Assembly (NCBI GenBank): GCA_036785375.1
Contig: JAWMAR010000506.1
Span: forward strand, 248,001 to 312,000
Length of the DNA stretch: 64,000 nt
Direction of reading: 5' to 3'
Origin: Leucoraja ocellata
Taxonomy: Eukaryota
Shown here: in pieces, positions 26,412 through 38,674 of the stretch
How positions within the stretch are numbered: the first letter of the stretch is position 1
How the letters are laid out: each line of letters begins with the position of its first letter
Position numbers and translations under genes: made by a program
Notes under the pieces: generated by a model
Seen by the model: the letters and a program-made list of their open reading frames with translations, nothing else
The model's database searches: none
What the model was told of the DNA's origin: nothing

Positions 26412-28030
26412 GAAACATAGAAACATAGAAAATAGGTGCAGGAGTAGGCCATTCGGCCCTTCGAGCCTGCACCGCCATTCAATATGATCATGGCTGATCA
26501 TCCAACTCGGTATCCTGTACCTGCCTTCTCTCCATACCCCCTGACCCCTTTAGCCACAAGGGCCTCTTAAATATAGCCAATGAACTGGCCTCAACTACCT
26601 TCTGTGGCAGAGAATTCCACAGATTCACCACTCTCTTTGTGAAAAATGTTTTTCTCATCTTGATCCTAAATGACTTCCCCCTTACCCTTAAACTGCGACC
26701 CCTTGTTCTGGACTTCCCCAACATCAGGAACAATCTTCTTGCATCTAGCCTGTCCACCCCCTTAAGAATTTTGTAAGTTTCTATAAGATCCCTCCTCAAT
26801 CTTCTAAATTCTAGCACGTACAAGCCGAGTCTATCCAGTCTTTCTTCATATGAAAGTCCTGCCATCCCAGGAATCAGTCTGGTGAACCTTCTCTGTACTC
26901 CCTCTATGGCAATAATGTCCTTCCTCAGATTTGGAGACCAAAACTGTACGCAATACTCCAGGTGTAGTCTCACCAAGACCCTGTACAACTGCATCAGAAC
27001 CTCCCTGCTCCTATACACAAATCATTTTGCTATGAATGCTAACGTACCATTCGCTTTCTTCACTGCCTGCTGCACCTGCATGCCTACTTTCAATGACTGT
27101 GTACCATGACACTCAGATCTCGTTGCATCTCCCCTTTTCCTAATCCGCCACTATTCAGATAATAGTCTACGTTCCTGTTCTTGCCACCAAAGTGGATAAC
27201 GTCACATTTATCCACATTATACTGCATCTGCCATGCATTTGCCTTCTCACCCAACCTTTCCAAGTCACCTTGCAGCCTCCTAGCATCCTCCTCACAGCTA
27301 ACACTGCCCCCCAGCTTTGTGACATCCGCAAACTTGGAGATGTTGCATTCAATTCCCTCGTCCTAATCATTAATATATATAGTAAATAGCTGGGGTCTCA
27401 GCACTGAGCCTTGCGGTATCCCACTACTCACTGCCTGCCATTCTGAAAACGACCCGTTTACTCCTACTCTTTGCTTCCTATCTGCCAGCTAGTTCTCTAT
27501 CCACATCAATACTGAAACCCCAATACCGTGTGCTTTAAGTTTGCATACTAATCTCGTATGTGGGACCTTGTCGAAAGCCTTCTGAAAGTCCAGATATAAC
27601 ACATCCACTGGTTCTCCCTTATCCACTCTACTCATTACATCCTCGAAAAATTCTATAAGATTCGTCAGACATGATTTACCTTTTAAAAAGTGGGGTTACA
27701 TTAGCTACCCTCCAATCCCCAGGAACTACTCCAGAATCTAATGAGTTTTGAAAAATTATCACTAATGCATCCACTATTTCTGGAGCTACTTCCTTAAGTA
27801 CTCTGGGATGCAGTCTATCTGGCCTTGGGGATTTATCGGCCTTTAATCCATTCAATTTACCTAACACCATTTCCCAACTAACCTGCATTTCATTCACTTC
27901 CTCCATCTCATTTGACCCCCGGTCCCCTGCTATTTCCGGCAGATTATTTATGTCTTCCTTAGTGAAGACAGAACCAAAGTAGTTATTCAATTGGTCTGCC
28001 ATGTCCTTGTTCCCCATGATCAATTCACTT
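26412..28030 (-). mobile_element. CR1 (HER1-like) LINE, 5'-truncated and internally deleted
   Basis: ORFs 26488-27018 and 27676-28137 (KSPRPDRLHPRVLKE, WRVANVTPLFK); (gaaacata)n tail. Confidence 0.92.
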
Positions 28031-29395
28031 GTAGGGTGGATCAGTTTCCTCATGGTAGGCTGATCCAGAAGGTTAGATGTATGAGTGACAATTATTTGGT
28101 CATATGGATTCTGAACTGGCTTATTCATAGAATTCATAGATGGTTGTGGTAGAAGGTAGATATTCTGACTGGTGATCTGTGACCAGAGAACTTCTGCAGG
28201 AATCTATGCTGGGACCTCTGTTATTTGCGATAAATGACCTAGATGTAAATGTAAGGTAGACAAAAATGCTGGAGAAACTCAGCAGGTGAGGCAGCATCTA
28301 TGGAGCGAAGGAATATGTGACGTTTCGGGTCAAGACCATTCTTCAGACTGGCTGAAGAAGGGTCTCGACCCGAAACGTCACCTATTCCTTTGCTCCATAG
28401 ATGCTGCCTCACCCGCTGAATTTCTCCAGCATTTTTGTCTACCTTTGATTTTTCAAGAATCTGCAGTTCTTTCTTAAACATAGATATAAATGTAGATGGG
28501 TTGGTGAGTGAGTTTGCTGACAACACCAAAATTGGAGGAGTTGCAGACAGCGAGGAGTACTGTCAGAAGATACAGCGGGATATAGACCAGCTGCAGAAAT
28601 GGGTGCAGAAACGGCAGTTGGAGTAGAGTTGGGTGATGCATTTTTGGGAGGTTGGAAGGAGGGTATATACAGTTAATAGCAGGACTTTTTACAGCAATGA
28701 TGTGCAGAGGGATTTTGGAGTCCAAGTTCATAGCCCACTGAATGTGGCAGCACAAGTGGATAGGGGTTTAAGAAGACGTATGGCTGCTTGCCTTCATTGC
28801 TAGGGACATTGAATATAAGAGCCAGGAAGTAATGGTGCAGCTTTGGACAACTTTAGTTTGGCTGCATTTAGAGTATTGTGAGCAATCCTGGTTGCCACAT
28901 TACAGGAAAGATGTGGAGGCTTTGGAGAGGGTGCAGAGGAGGTTTACCACAATGCTGCCTGGATTAAAGGGTTTCCGCTACAGGGAGGGGCTGGATAGAC
29001 TTGGATTGTTTTCTCTGGAACATCGGAGTTTGAGGGGAGACTTGATAGAAGTATATACAATTATGAGAGGGATAGACAGTCAGAACCTTTTTCTCCAGGG
29101 TGCCAATGTCCAACAGTGAAAGGCGTGACGAAGATGAGAGGGGCAAAGTTTAATGGAGATGTCCGGGGCAATTTTATTTTTTATAGTGGTGGGCGCCTGG
29201 AACCCACTGCCCAGGGTTGGTGGTAGAGGCGCTGATACCTCTTCCACCAACACAGGTGTTTAAGAGGCTTTTAGATTGGCATGTGGAGGTGCAGGGAATA
29301 GTGGGATATGAATCATGTACAGGCAGATGTGATCAGTTTAACGGCACAAACATTGTGGGCCGAAGGGCCTGATCCTGTGCTGTACTGTTCTATGG
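28030..29395 (+). mobile_element. CR1 LINE fragment interrupted by a palindromic PLE unit
   Basis: FADNTKIGG, LEYCEQSWLPHYRKDVEALERVQRRFT, and a CR1 3' end. Confidence 0.85.
28254..28480. mobile_element. Palindromic PLE-derived unit with two minimal hammerhead cores
   Basis: About 95-bp inverted arms spanning 28253-28445. Cores at 28319-28346 (-) and 28352-28379 (+). 14-bp TSD with one mismatch at 28240-28253 and 28481-28494. Confidence 0.82.
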
Positions 29396-29737
29396 ATGTC
29401 CTCTCTCGATAGTTTGTCATATTCTCTCCTTTCAGATAGTCATCCAGCTTCCTTTTGGGAGCAATTAAATTTGCCATGAGGTTGACACTTCCAGGTTTGG
29501 AAGTGCATTTATAGATCCTAACCACACATTATGTTTAACTTTAAAAAAGAAAATCCTTGTGTCTCTTTTGTGTTTTTTGCCAATTACCTTCATCAAACAA
29601 ATTCTTCACTCTGTAAATTAGAAAATTTTCTTTCTGCTCGGAACATGGAGAATTTTTAATTTGCAATCTCCTCTGTTCCAAGTAGAACAAACTCCAATTT
29701 CTCCAGGCCATTCATGTAACTGAGCTCCTTCAGACCT

Positions 29738-29945
29738 GGTAAACAAAAATGCTGGAGAAACTCAACGGGTGAGGCAGCATCTATGGAGCGAAGGGAATAG
29801 GCGATGTTTCGGGTCGAGACCCTTCAGTCTGAAGAAGGGTCTCGACCCAAAACGTTGCCTATTTCCTTCGCTCCATAGATGCTCTCACCTGCTGAGTTTC
29901 GCCAGCATTTTTGTCTAGCTTCGATTTTCTACCATCTGCAGTTCT
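29738..29945. mobile_element. Palindromic PLE-derived unit
   Basis: caaaaatgctggagaaactc...gtttcgggtcgagaccc is inverted to ctgaagaagggtctcgacccaaaacgtt...cagcatttttg. Confidence 0.8.
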
Positions 29946-29946
29946 A

Positions 29947-30135
29947 TATCCTGAGAATAAACTGGAACAAAAGTGAAATTATGGCAATAAAACCTCAAGA
30001 GCCGACACACCTTTTAATATTCCCTTTCAGAATTGCTACAGAAAAAATTAAATATCTGGGTGTCCAAGTAACCAGAAAATATACTTCTTTATTCACTGCA
30101 AACTTCCTGCCTTTAATTACTAAATTAAATGCTAT
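29947..30135 (+). mobile_element. L1-clade ORF2 fragment
   Basis: RINWNKSEIM...IKYLGVQVTRKYTSLFTANFLPLI. Confidence 0.75.
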
Positions 30136-30157
30136 TATCTTTTGCTACATGACTTCA

Positions 30158-30420
30158 GAATTAAGGGACAGAAGTTTAGGGGTAACATGAGGGGGAACTT
30201 CTTTACTCAGAGAGTGTTAGCGGTGTGGAATGAGCTTCCAGTGGAAGTGGTGGCGGCAGGTCCGTTGGTATCATTTAAAAATAAATTGGATAGGCATATG
30301 GATGAGAAGGGAATGGAGGGTTATGGTATGAGTGCAGGCAGGTGGGACTAAGGGAAAAAAGTTGTTCGGCACGGACTTGTAGGGCCGAGATGGCCTGTTT
30401 CCGCGCTGTAATTGTTATAT
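30158..30420 (+). mobile_element. CR1 LINE 3' end
   Basis: RGNFFTQRVLAVWNELP...FKNKLDRHM. Confidence 0.8.
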
Positions 30421-30559
30421 GGTATCTCTGAACTAAATATACAATATAGGGTAAACATGCAACATGTTTATTATTTTACCTTTTTAAAATAAGACATGTG
30501 TGCAGTTATATAAAACACTTCTTCCTTTTTGTTTTTTAAAATAGGAGGCTATCCAGACA

Positions 30560-31285
30560 ATGAAGAGTTTACTCGTTTTTGATTTTGACCACACAATTGT
30601 AGATGGGAACAGTGATACTTGGGTTGTGAGATGTACTCCTAAAAAGAAACTTCCAGACTGGCTTCGTAAAAAATATGATGGAAAACACTGGAATGAATAC
30701 ATGCAAAGCGTCCTCAGTTACATTGGAGACCAAGGAATCAAAGAACCTGAGATAAAACAGGTTATGGAATCTATACCATATTGTTCGGGAATGGTTGATC
30801 TCCTAAAGTTCATCTGCCAAAACAAGGATAAAGTTGACTGCCTTATTATTTCTGATTCCAACACAGTTTTTGTCAATTGGATCTTAGAGTTTACAAATAC
30901 AAGGTTGGCTTTTGATAGCATTCTCACAAATCCGGCAACTTTTGATGAACAAGGTTACCTTAGAATTAAGAATTTTCATTCTCATTGTTGCCCACAATGC
31001 CCTGATAATCTTTGCAAGAGAAAAGTGTTAAATGAGTTTATTGCTGCTCAACAAAAAGTGGGAGTACAATATAAAAAAATAATTTACACAGGTGATGGAG
31101 CAAATGACTTGTGCCCCATTGAAAGTTTGGAGGAAAGTGATGTTGCTATGGTCAGAAAAGGGTACAAGTTGGAAAAGCTGGTTAATGAAATGGTTGAAAT
31201 AGACTCTTGTCATATGCGACCATTCATAGTGATATGGTCTTCAGGTGAAGAAATCCTGTCTTATTTGAAAACATACCTAACTTAA
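30560..31285 (+). CDS. PHOSPHO2: Pyridoxal phosphate phosphatase PHOSPHO2 (HAD superfamily), 241 aa, single coding exon
   Basis: HAD motifs FDFDHT, IISDSN, NLCK and GDGAND. Acceptor ttttaaaatag| at 30544 just upstream of the ATG. Adjacent to CFAP210. Confidence 0.95.
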   Translation: MKSLLVFDFDHTIVDGNSDTWVVRCTPKKKLPDWLRKKYDGKHWNEYMQSVLSYIGDQGIKEPEIKQVMESIPYCSGMVDLLKFICQNKDKVDCLIISDSNTVFVNWILEFTNTRLAFDSILTNPATFDEQGYLRIKNFHSHCCPQCPDNLCKRKVLNEFIAAQQKVGVQYKKIIYTGDGANDLCPIESLEESDVAMVRKGYKLEKLVNEMVEIDSCHMRPFIVIWSSGEEILSYLKTYLT

Positions 31286-32163
31286 GTCTCTGTTTTTAAA
31301 CAAAATAAAATTAAAGCCACCATAAATGTTGTATTTAATTTTATAATTCAACAATTCATAAAATTGTAAAAATTACCGAAGAATAAAGATACTTCAGTGT
31401 GCCAATTTTATAGTTTAATGATTTCTAACAATCAAACCGTGGAATGAATTTTTCTTAGTGTAGCCTTAACTTTGTTAACTTTGGTTAACAAAGGAATTTG
31501 TCCACAGCATAACTTATTAAAAAAAATATTGGGGTTACTTTCCCAGCTGGAGAATGATAGATTAACCAAGACTATAACAATCTTGTTAAATTTAACTAAT
31601 TCACCCTTGCAAAACAAAGTTATGTTTCATTATTGAGAAGCAGGTTGATATACATTTCAATAAGCTCTGTGAACTGAAATTTTAAGAGCATAATCGTATC
31701 ATAAAGATGCAGTCTATAAACTCATGTTGCAGAAACGTAATTGCACATGAAAATCTATGGTTGTATGTCTGGGGAAACGTGTTCGAATATGTGTAGTATT
31801 TCCTATTGGTAGACTATAATGCAAGACCTTTGAGTTGTTCTGCTTGCTTCTTTTTAAAGTGTATTTATGGAGGTTGATATCCTGCATGTTCTGTGCTCAG
31901 GAAGGAATTATTAATATTAAAATAATATGAATTTGTGACTATTTTACACCTATTCCCACCTCAATTTACTATATCGATTTATTTCAAAAGTGAAATCAGC
32001 AGGTAAACTTGCAGAAATGAAGTGTTCATCCTTTGTGGTAGTTAAACATCTATAAATTATGAACTTAAGACTATATGAATTGAGTCAAATAATGAATGTA
32101 TAACTATACCTACATTTTTTTTTGTAATAATGCACTATTTTAGAAAGTGGTGACATGCAAGAG

Positions 32164-32199
32164 AATAAATAAATTAAATAAATAAAGAGAATTAATAAA
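32164..32199 (+). terminator. Cluster of AATAAA/ATTAAA polyadenylation signals, probable PHOSPHO2 3' end
   Basis: aataaataaattaaataaataaa...aataaa followed by a T/GT-rich stretch. Proximal AATAAA signals also at ~31304 and ~31382. Confidence 0.5.
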
Positions 32200-33889
32200 T
32201 GTTTTATTAAACCACTGACTTTTTCATTTTAGTTTATGGTGTTTGTCACACATTGTGATCCAGTTGAGTAAATGTTAATAACATTCTGACACATTTTTGA
32301 GAAAACTCATGAAGCCGTTTGATCAGTCATTTACAGCAAGCTATATGTATAAATAAGACTTCCATTATCTGTTGCATTTAGTGAGAATAAAAGATTCAGT
32401 TCATCAAAGGTTTCAGAGATAGTAGACCCCAGCTCTGAATAGAAACTTTTATCTTAGTAAGTTGCTTATTGGTAAGTAAATTGAAAGCTTACTACTTGTC
32501 TTGTTTCCAGGCAACAATAAAAACGTTTTTTTAAAGGAACCAGGTACAATTTCTACTTAAATCGTATAGAGAAAACATGATTAATTGTTGGACTAGATAT
32601 AAGAATATCCTTTGGGCATTCTCTGCCATTCATAAGATCATAGTTGATCTTTGCCTTCCATGAACATCCTTCAAAGTTAGTACTATGTTTTGTTGGTGGA
32701 ATGTGCCCAACATAATCTTGCCCTACACAATCAGAATTACAGTACGAGTATTACAAAACTGCCAATCGCCACAGAAAAGGGGAATGCATGACTAACAAAA
32801 TTATCCATGTTCCTTCAAATAATACTTGCAGTGCACATAGGGTTCCCTTGAAAATAAGCCATACCGAAATATTTGACAGAAACTGCTAAGATTTATAGAA
32901 CAATTTAGTCTAGCAATTATTGTAATTACTAAAAAAAAATAAAATACTCTGAGCAGTGCTTATGTTTGCTGAGGAGAACTATTTATTTTAAGTTTCACAC
33001 AGCAGAATCATCTTTACCTCCACCCTTTCTTTTTTATCATTTGCCCCAACCTGAATCCCTAATGACACCCAAATGTTTAAAGTGATTCCACTTGAACCGG
33101 CTTTATCCAAGGAGTCAACTACTGAAGGTGTGCATATTGATTTGGTAAATTGATGGGAAATCTTTAATAGATATTACTAGAGTTTGTTATCTTTATATGA
33201 CTCACAAAGCATTGAAATAGGCCCTTCAGCCCATCTTCTCCATTCCAACCCAGATGCCCCATCTAGGCTAGTCTCATTTGCCCGCAGATGGTCCATATCA
33301 ATCTCAGATTTTCCTATCCATGGACCTGTCCAAGTGTCTTTTAAATGTTGTTGCAGCTGCCCCATCTACCTCCTCAATGTTACCGCACTGGACATACTCT
33401 GATGCTGATCATGTCCTGGAATAGGGTGGCAGGCATGATCAGCCTCAAGCTTATTACAAAGCTCAAATCTCTCGCTGGGAAGAGATTTCAAAGAAAGAGT
33501 GAGGGAGATTTCCAGTGGCCATTTGGCATACCAGTGTTGGGATGAAACCAGAGCACCCTGGTGAAACCCACATGGTCCCAGGGAGAATGTGCAAACACAT
33601 ACACAGGACCAAAGGGTCAGGATTGAAATTGTGGCTGGAGCACGATCTGTTGCATCACTGCACAACCAAAGAGACTGCCACGGGGAAAGTTATCATTGAC
33701 GATTTTGGTGCTTTTGCGCTTATAAAGCATACTCGGCCATAAACACTGTCAAAATGTCGAAACAAGGAACTGCAGATGCTGGTTTACACAAAAGGGCACA
33801 AAGTGGTAGAGTAACTCAGCGGGTCAGGCAACATCACTGGAGAACATGGATAGGTGACGGTATGGGTCAGGAACCTTGTTCAGTCTGAA

Positions 33890-34695
33890 ACATAAATTGA
33901 TAAATGTGAGGTTATCCACTTTGGTGGCAAAAACAGGAAGGCAGATTATTATCTAAATGGAGTCAAGTTGGGAAAAGGGGAAGTACAACGGGATCTGGGG
34001 GTCCTTGTCATCAGTCCATGAAAGTAAGCATGCAGGTACAGCAGGCAGTGAAGAAAGTGAATGGCATGTTGGCCTTTATAACAAGAGGAGTCGTGTATAG
34101 GAGCAAAGAGGTCCTTCTACAGTTGTACAGGGCCCTAGTGAGACCACACCTGGAGTATCGCGTGCAGTTTTGGTCTCCCAATTTGAGGAAAGACATTCTT
34201 GCTATTGAGGGAGTGCAGCGTAGGTTCACCAGGTTAATTCCCGGGATGGCAGGACTGTCATGTTGATAGAATGGGGCTGCTGGGGTTGTACACTCTGGAA
34301 TTTAGAAGGATGAGAGGGGATCTTATTGAAACATATAAGATTATTAAGGGTTTGGATACGCTAGAGGCAGGAAACATGTTCCCGATGTTGGGGGAATCCA
34401 GAACCAGGGGCCCCAGTTTAAGAATAAGGGGTAAGCCATTTAGAACGGAGATGAAGAAAAACATTTTCACACAGAGTTGTGAGTCTGTGGAATTATCTGC
34501 CTCAGAGGGCGGTGGAGGCTGGTTCTCTGCATGCTTTCAAGAGAGAGCTAGACAGAGCTCTTAAAGATAGCAGAGTCAAGGGATAGATAGTGGAGTCGGG
34601 GGAGAAGGCAGGAACGGGGTTACTGATTGTGGATGATCAGCCATGATCACATTGATTGGCTCAAAGGGCCGAATGGCCTACTCCTGCACCTATTG
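33890..34695 (+). mobile_element. CR1 (HER1-like) LINE 3' fragment inserted between PLE repeat halves
   Basis: LVRPHLEYRVQFWSPNLRKDILAIEGVQRRFTR. Flanked by PLE repeat pieces at 33765-33885 and 34699-34760. Confidence 0.9.
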
Positions 34696-35699
34696 TATAT
34701 CACCTATCCATGTTCTCTAGAGATGCTGCCTAGCCTGCTGAGTTACTCCAGCATTTTGTGTTCTTTCATATACAGTGTCAACCAGTCACCATGTTATCCT
34801 TGCTTCTCTTACTGCCTACATGCCATGCTCACAACCTCATGCACAACAAGATAACTTGCAGAATTGAAGTGAGGATGATTGGAAGCTGCACTCTAGCAAT
34901 GCCATTCCAACATGAATGATTTTCCTTTCATTGAAGGCCTGAAATGGCAGCTGGCTAGAGGATTAGAACAAGACAAAAGTGGCAGACAATTTGAATAATT
35001 TTACTTCACAAATACAAAGTTTTCAGAAGGAATACAGAAAATTTGGAATCAAACCAGGAAAAAGAAGTTAGGATGAGCGATGGTTTGCAGAGAAGAAATA
35101 AATGATGAAAATGAAAGAAAGAATATCCAGATTAGTGTTGCCAAAGATATTTCCAATGGAACAAAATATAATTGATGTGTAGAAAAGAGCTGTGGTCAAA
35201 TAGCAACAGCCTAGCTTATTCTACCCAGAATAAATAAATTCTTTCAGGTTACAACTTAGGCAACGTTTTGGGCCGAAACCCTATTTCCTTCGCTCCGTAG
35301 ATGCTGCTGCACCCGCTGAGTTTCTCCAGCATTTTTGTGTACCTTCGATTTTCCAGCATCTGCAGTTCCTTCTTAAATACAACTTAGTCCATAAACTTCA
35401 ACTATAACATCAGTTATAGTTAAAATCAGTTCTAGTTTCTAGTTCTAGTGTGGAGGATAATGCTAGTGTACGGGTGATCGCTGGTCGGCGAGGTCTCGAT
35501 GGGCAGAAGGACCCGTTTCTGCACTGTATCTCAAACTTAAAAGAGAAAACAGACAAGATAAAATGACAAAAGGAAATGGTGTAAATCAAAAGAATACAAG
35601 TGATGAGACAAAAAACAATAAGCAAAAGCAAAGTACAGCAAAGAGGTATAAATTAAAGCAGCAAAATCATTTTCTGGAAAATAAAACCTAGGTACTAGA

Positions 35700-36620
35700 G
35701 TTCCTTTGTTCAGCACTGTTTCATCAGCACCTCAGATGATGAGGACTTCACAAATCTTTGGCGTGAGAGAGATTTACTCTTGCAAGCACGGAACCATCTT
35801 ATGGAGCTGTCAAGGGCTCGCTTTAGAAAAGTCTTGCGATTTAAAAAAATCAAAACAAAAACAAGACTGTTTGATGTCAGCAAAATTATCTCTATAAAAC
35901 AGTGAAAAGTTTGGAAAATTCATTAGGAACATATTTAATTGATGACCTTAATGTTGATGTTCACCATGGACCATTTAAATATATGCTGTTTGTTTCCCAA
36001 GTGGTTGAAGGCAGCAAGAGATTTCGTTACTCGAGTCACAATTTCATTTGCATGATGATAGTCTTTAAGCAAAAACTGGCAAACCTGCAATCGTTCAGTA
36101 ACTTTTTCATATGCCGGATAGTTGCTTTGTATTTCCCCTTTTCCACTTTGCCAACTTGGCAGCAAATAGTCTTGAAGAAAAGAGGTCACATAGTTTATAG
36201 GTTGCCAAAGCATGCTGTTCGTTTGCCAATTGTCTTTTCCTGAGCCTTGAAATCTGTGCCTGCTTTCCCACTATTGCTCTGAGAGTTTTGTAATTTTAAT
36301 ACCTGTACTAGTGCTATTTTTATTCCAATAGACTTTTCACAACTTTGATTTCGGGAGTAAATTTTTACATGTAAGAATAAGTTGTCCTTCAAGGCCACTG
36401 TGACTGTGGTGTTCTCTCCCCATTCTGAAGTTAATAAAGTTCCTTTGAAAAATTGATGGATCATTGAGGAAAGCCACCTTGCAGCAAACATCTCCATCAG
36501 TTGAATAGAGAGACAAAAGATTTAACTTCAACCCCTTAAAAGAGTAATAGCGTCCTTTAAATCCACTGACTTCCTCTACATCAAAAGGATGTAGCCAAGG
36601 GAACCCTGATGGGTTCATAT
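35700..36620 (-). mobile_element. Ancient RTE-like reverse transcriptase remnant
   Basis: Ordered motifs across frameshifts: VDLKDA, LSSMIHQFFKG (cf. ISMIRQFHDG) and NEIVTRVTKSLAAF (cf. DEITRRIAKASAAF). Confidence 0.5.
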
Positions 36621-37979
36621 TTGTCAGTCTCTTTCTGAGAAATATGGAACACCTATTATTGCAGTCCAGCTAAAAGTCAATCCCTCTCATCTTTAAAAGT
36701 TGTATATAAAATAACAGCACGAATCGTTAAAGTACGTCACTTGCCTCTGGCATCTGAACAGGTAAGCAACCCTCCACCACCATGTTGTTACCAACCAATT
36801 TTAGATACAGCATTGAATTTTCCAATTTTAGGTAACTACAAAACCCTTGCTACTTACTCTCCCCCCTCCCCGCCTCTCCTGTTTCTTATGTGGACTTTAC
36901 CCCTATTTTCCCCTTCGACCTACTTTCCTTTCTCTAGCTTCACAATTCGCAACTTTCCAATCCCTTTCTAGCACACCTGTCTTTTCATCTCTGACCTTTG
37001 TATAACCATCTGTCCAGCAATAAACATCCTCACCTGTGTTGGCTTATTACCTGCCAGGCTTTGTCCTGCCCCTCCTCCCTTCCAACTTTCTGCCCCCCCC
37101 CCCCTCCCTACAATCAGTCTGAAGAAGGGTCCCAACTCGAAACGTCACCTATCCATGTTCCCCAGAGATGCTGCCTGGTCCGCTGAGCTTTTCAGCGCTT
37201 GCCCGTGTTCCTGTGGGTTCGACTCACTTAGACCAAACTTCCACGTGGCCTTACTGACGTCCACATAAACCACATTAACCTTGCTGCTCTCATCAATGTA
37301 GCGACCTCTTCAAAAAAACGCAATTATATTAGTCATACATGATCATCCATTAATAAATCCATACTGACTATCACGAATCAACCCTTGTCATTCTGTGTAC
37401 ATTAATCTTATACCTTAAACTTTTTTCCTTATTTCTCCACCATTACTTTAGACTAATTCGCCTGTATTTACTTAGTTTATCCACAGGCCCTTCTTGAATA
37501 TGTATCACATTTGCTTTTTTCCAGTTATTTGGCATCTCAGAGATGCTGTCTGGCCCGCTGAATTACTCAGGCATTTTGTGTCTGCCTTTGGTATAAACCA
37601 GCATCTGCAGTCCCTTCCTACACATTTCAAATTATCTGTCAGAGCCCCAGCAATGTTTCCACGAGTAAACTCTTCCTGACGTTTCGGGTCGGAATCATAC
37701 TTCAGACTGGACAGAGAACGGACGGGGAGATTTTGACCAATGGGCCGAGTGCTGTACAGAAGACACAATTGAAATACACTGCAAAAACTCACACTAAACC
37801 TTTGGCGAAAGTTTAGAGACACTAAAACGTTTCGAGTTTCTGCAGAAACGCACAGAGATCTCACAAAAAATACTGCAGGATATCCAAGCCTGCACATTCA
37901 GTACTAATGCAAAACTGCTTCCTTTAACTTGGCATCAGGTACCAGTCAATTTGAACAAAGCCGATTGAGATTCCCTGTT

Positions 37980-38388
37980 GGTCCAATCATTTATGCCTCG
38001 TGGAGTCTGTTTCAACTGGGTACGAAACATTTTTGTGTAAATGCATCCCAAGTAAAAGTTCCTCCAATAAAATGTACGTGAAAATGTTAACTGGGAAAAT
38101 GTTTAAATTATCGTGACATAATAATTTACCGTAAGAATCTTATTCTGTACATTCCTTCATTTATTCTGACATTTGTTTGCCCTGAGAACAAATTGCGTTT
38201 GAAATCGCAATATACGGTTTGAAATCAGCACGCTTGTTTTTGATTTGCTGTTTTGCAAGCAGTGTCCGTGAATTAAAAAAAAACGAAAATGCTTCATATT
38301 AGTCGCCGAGGGGCGGGGTTAAGGCAGCTTTGAAAAGTCGGGGCTGCTGATCACGTGAATACTTTCACTCCCGAAGTTGCAAGGAAAG
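37980..38388 (+). promoter_or_regulatory. PHGDH promoter/5' UTR
   Basis: CCAAT (~37983, ~38064), GC box GGGGCGGGG (~38310) and E-box TCACGTGA (38351-38358) upstream of ATG 38389. CpG-enriched. Confidence 0.65.
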
Positions 38389-38523
38389 ATGGCTTTTTCG
38401 GTTCGTCGCCTCCTCATCAGCGAGAGTGTGGATGCCAGTTGCAAGAAGATCCTGGAGGAAAACGGAATCAAAGTGGCAGAGAAGAAAAATCTGACGAAGG
38501 ATGAGCTGCTTGCTGAAATAAAG
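38389..38523 (+). CDS. PHGDH: D-3-phosphoglycerate dehydrogenase exon 1
   Basis: MAFSVRRLLISESVDASCKKILEENGIKVAEKKNLTKDELLAEIK, then AAG|gtgtga donor. Resembles the human N-terminus MAFANLRKVLISDSLD. Confidence 0.93.
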
Positions 38524-38674
38524 GTGTGACTCGCTGTAAGATAATGTGCGGTGGGCTTGCGGCGCTCAGTTGCTTGCGGGGAGGGGAGGAGTGTTGCGGA
38601 GGGAGAGCTGGTAATCTTCATCTGAAGACAATCCTTTCTCCCCCCCCCCCCCCCCCCCCCCTTTATAAGCAAAT

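Noticed and set aside
28253-28445. Recurrent repeat resembling a CRISPR or REP-like array
   Set aside because: The context is eukaryotic, copies are dispersed without spacers, and they match Penelope terminal repeats.
35900-36620. Possible KLHL23 pseudogene (HPFD, HH..LEG, VKSLLE resemblance to the BTB domain) or novel gene
   Set aside because: It is on the opposite strand to the mammalian arrangement, and ordered RT motifs fit a decayed RTE LINE better.
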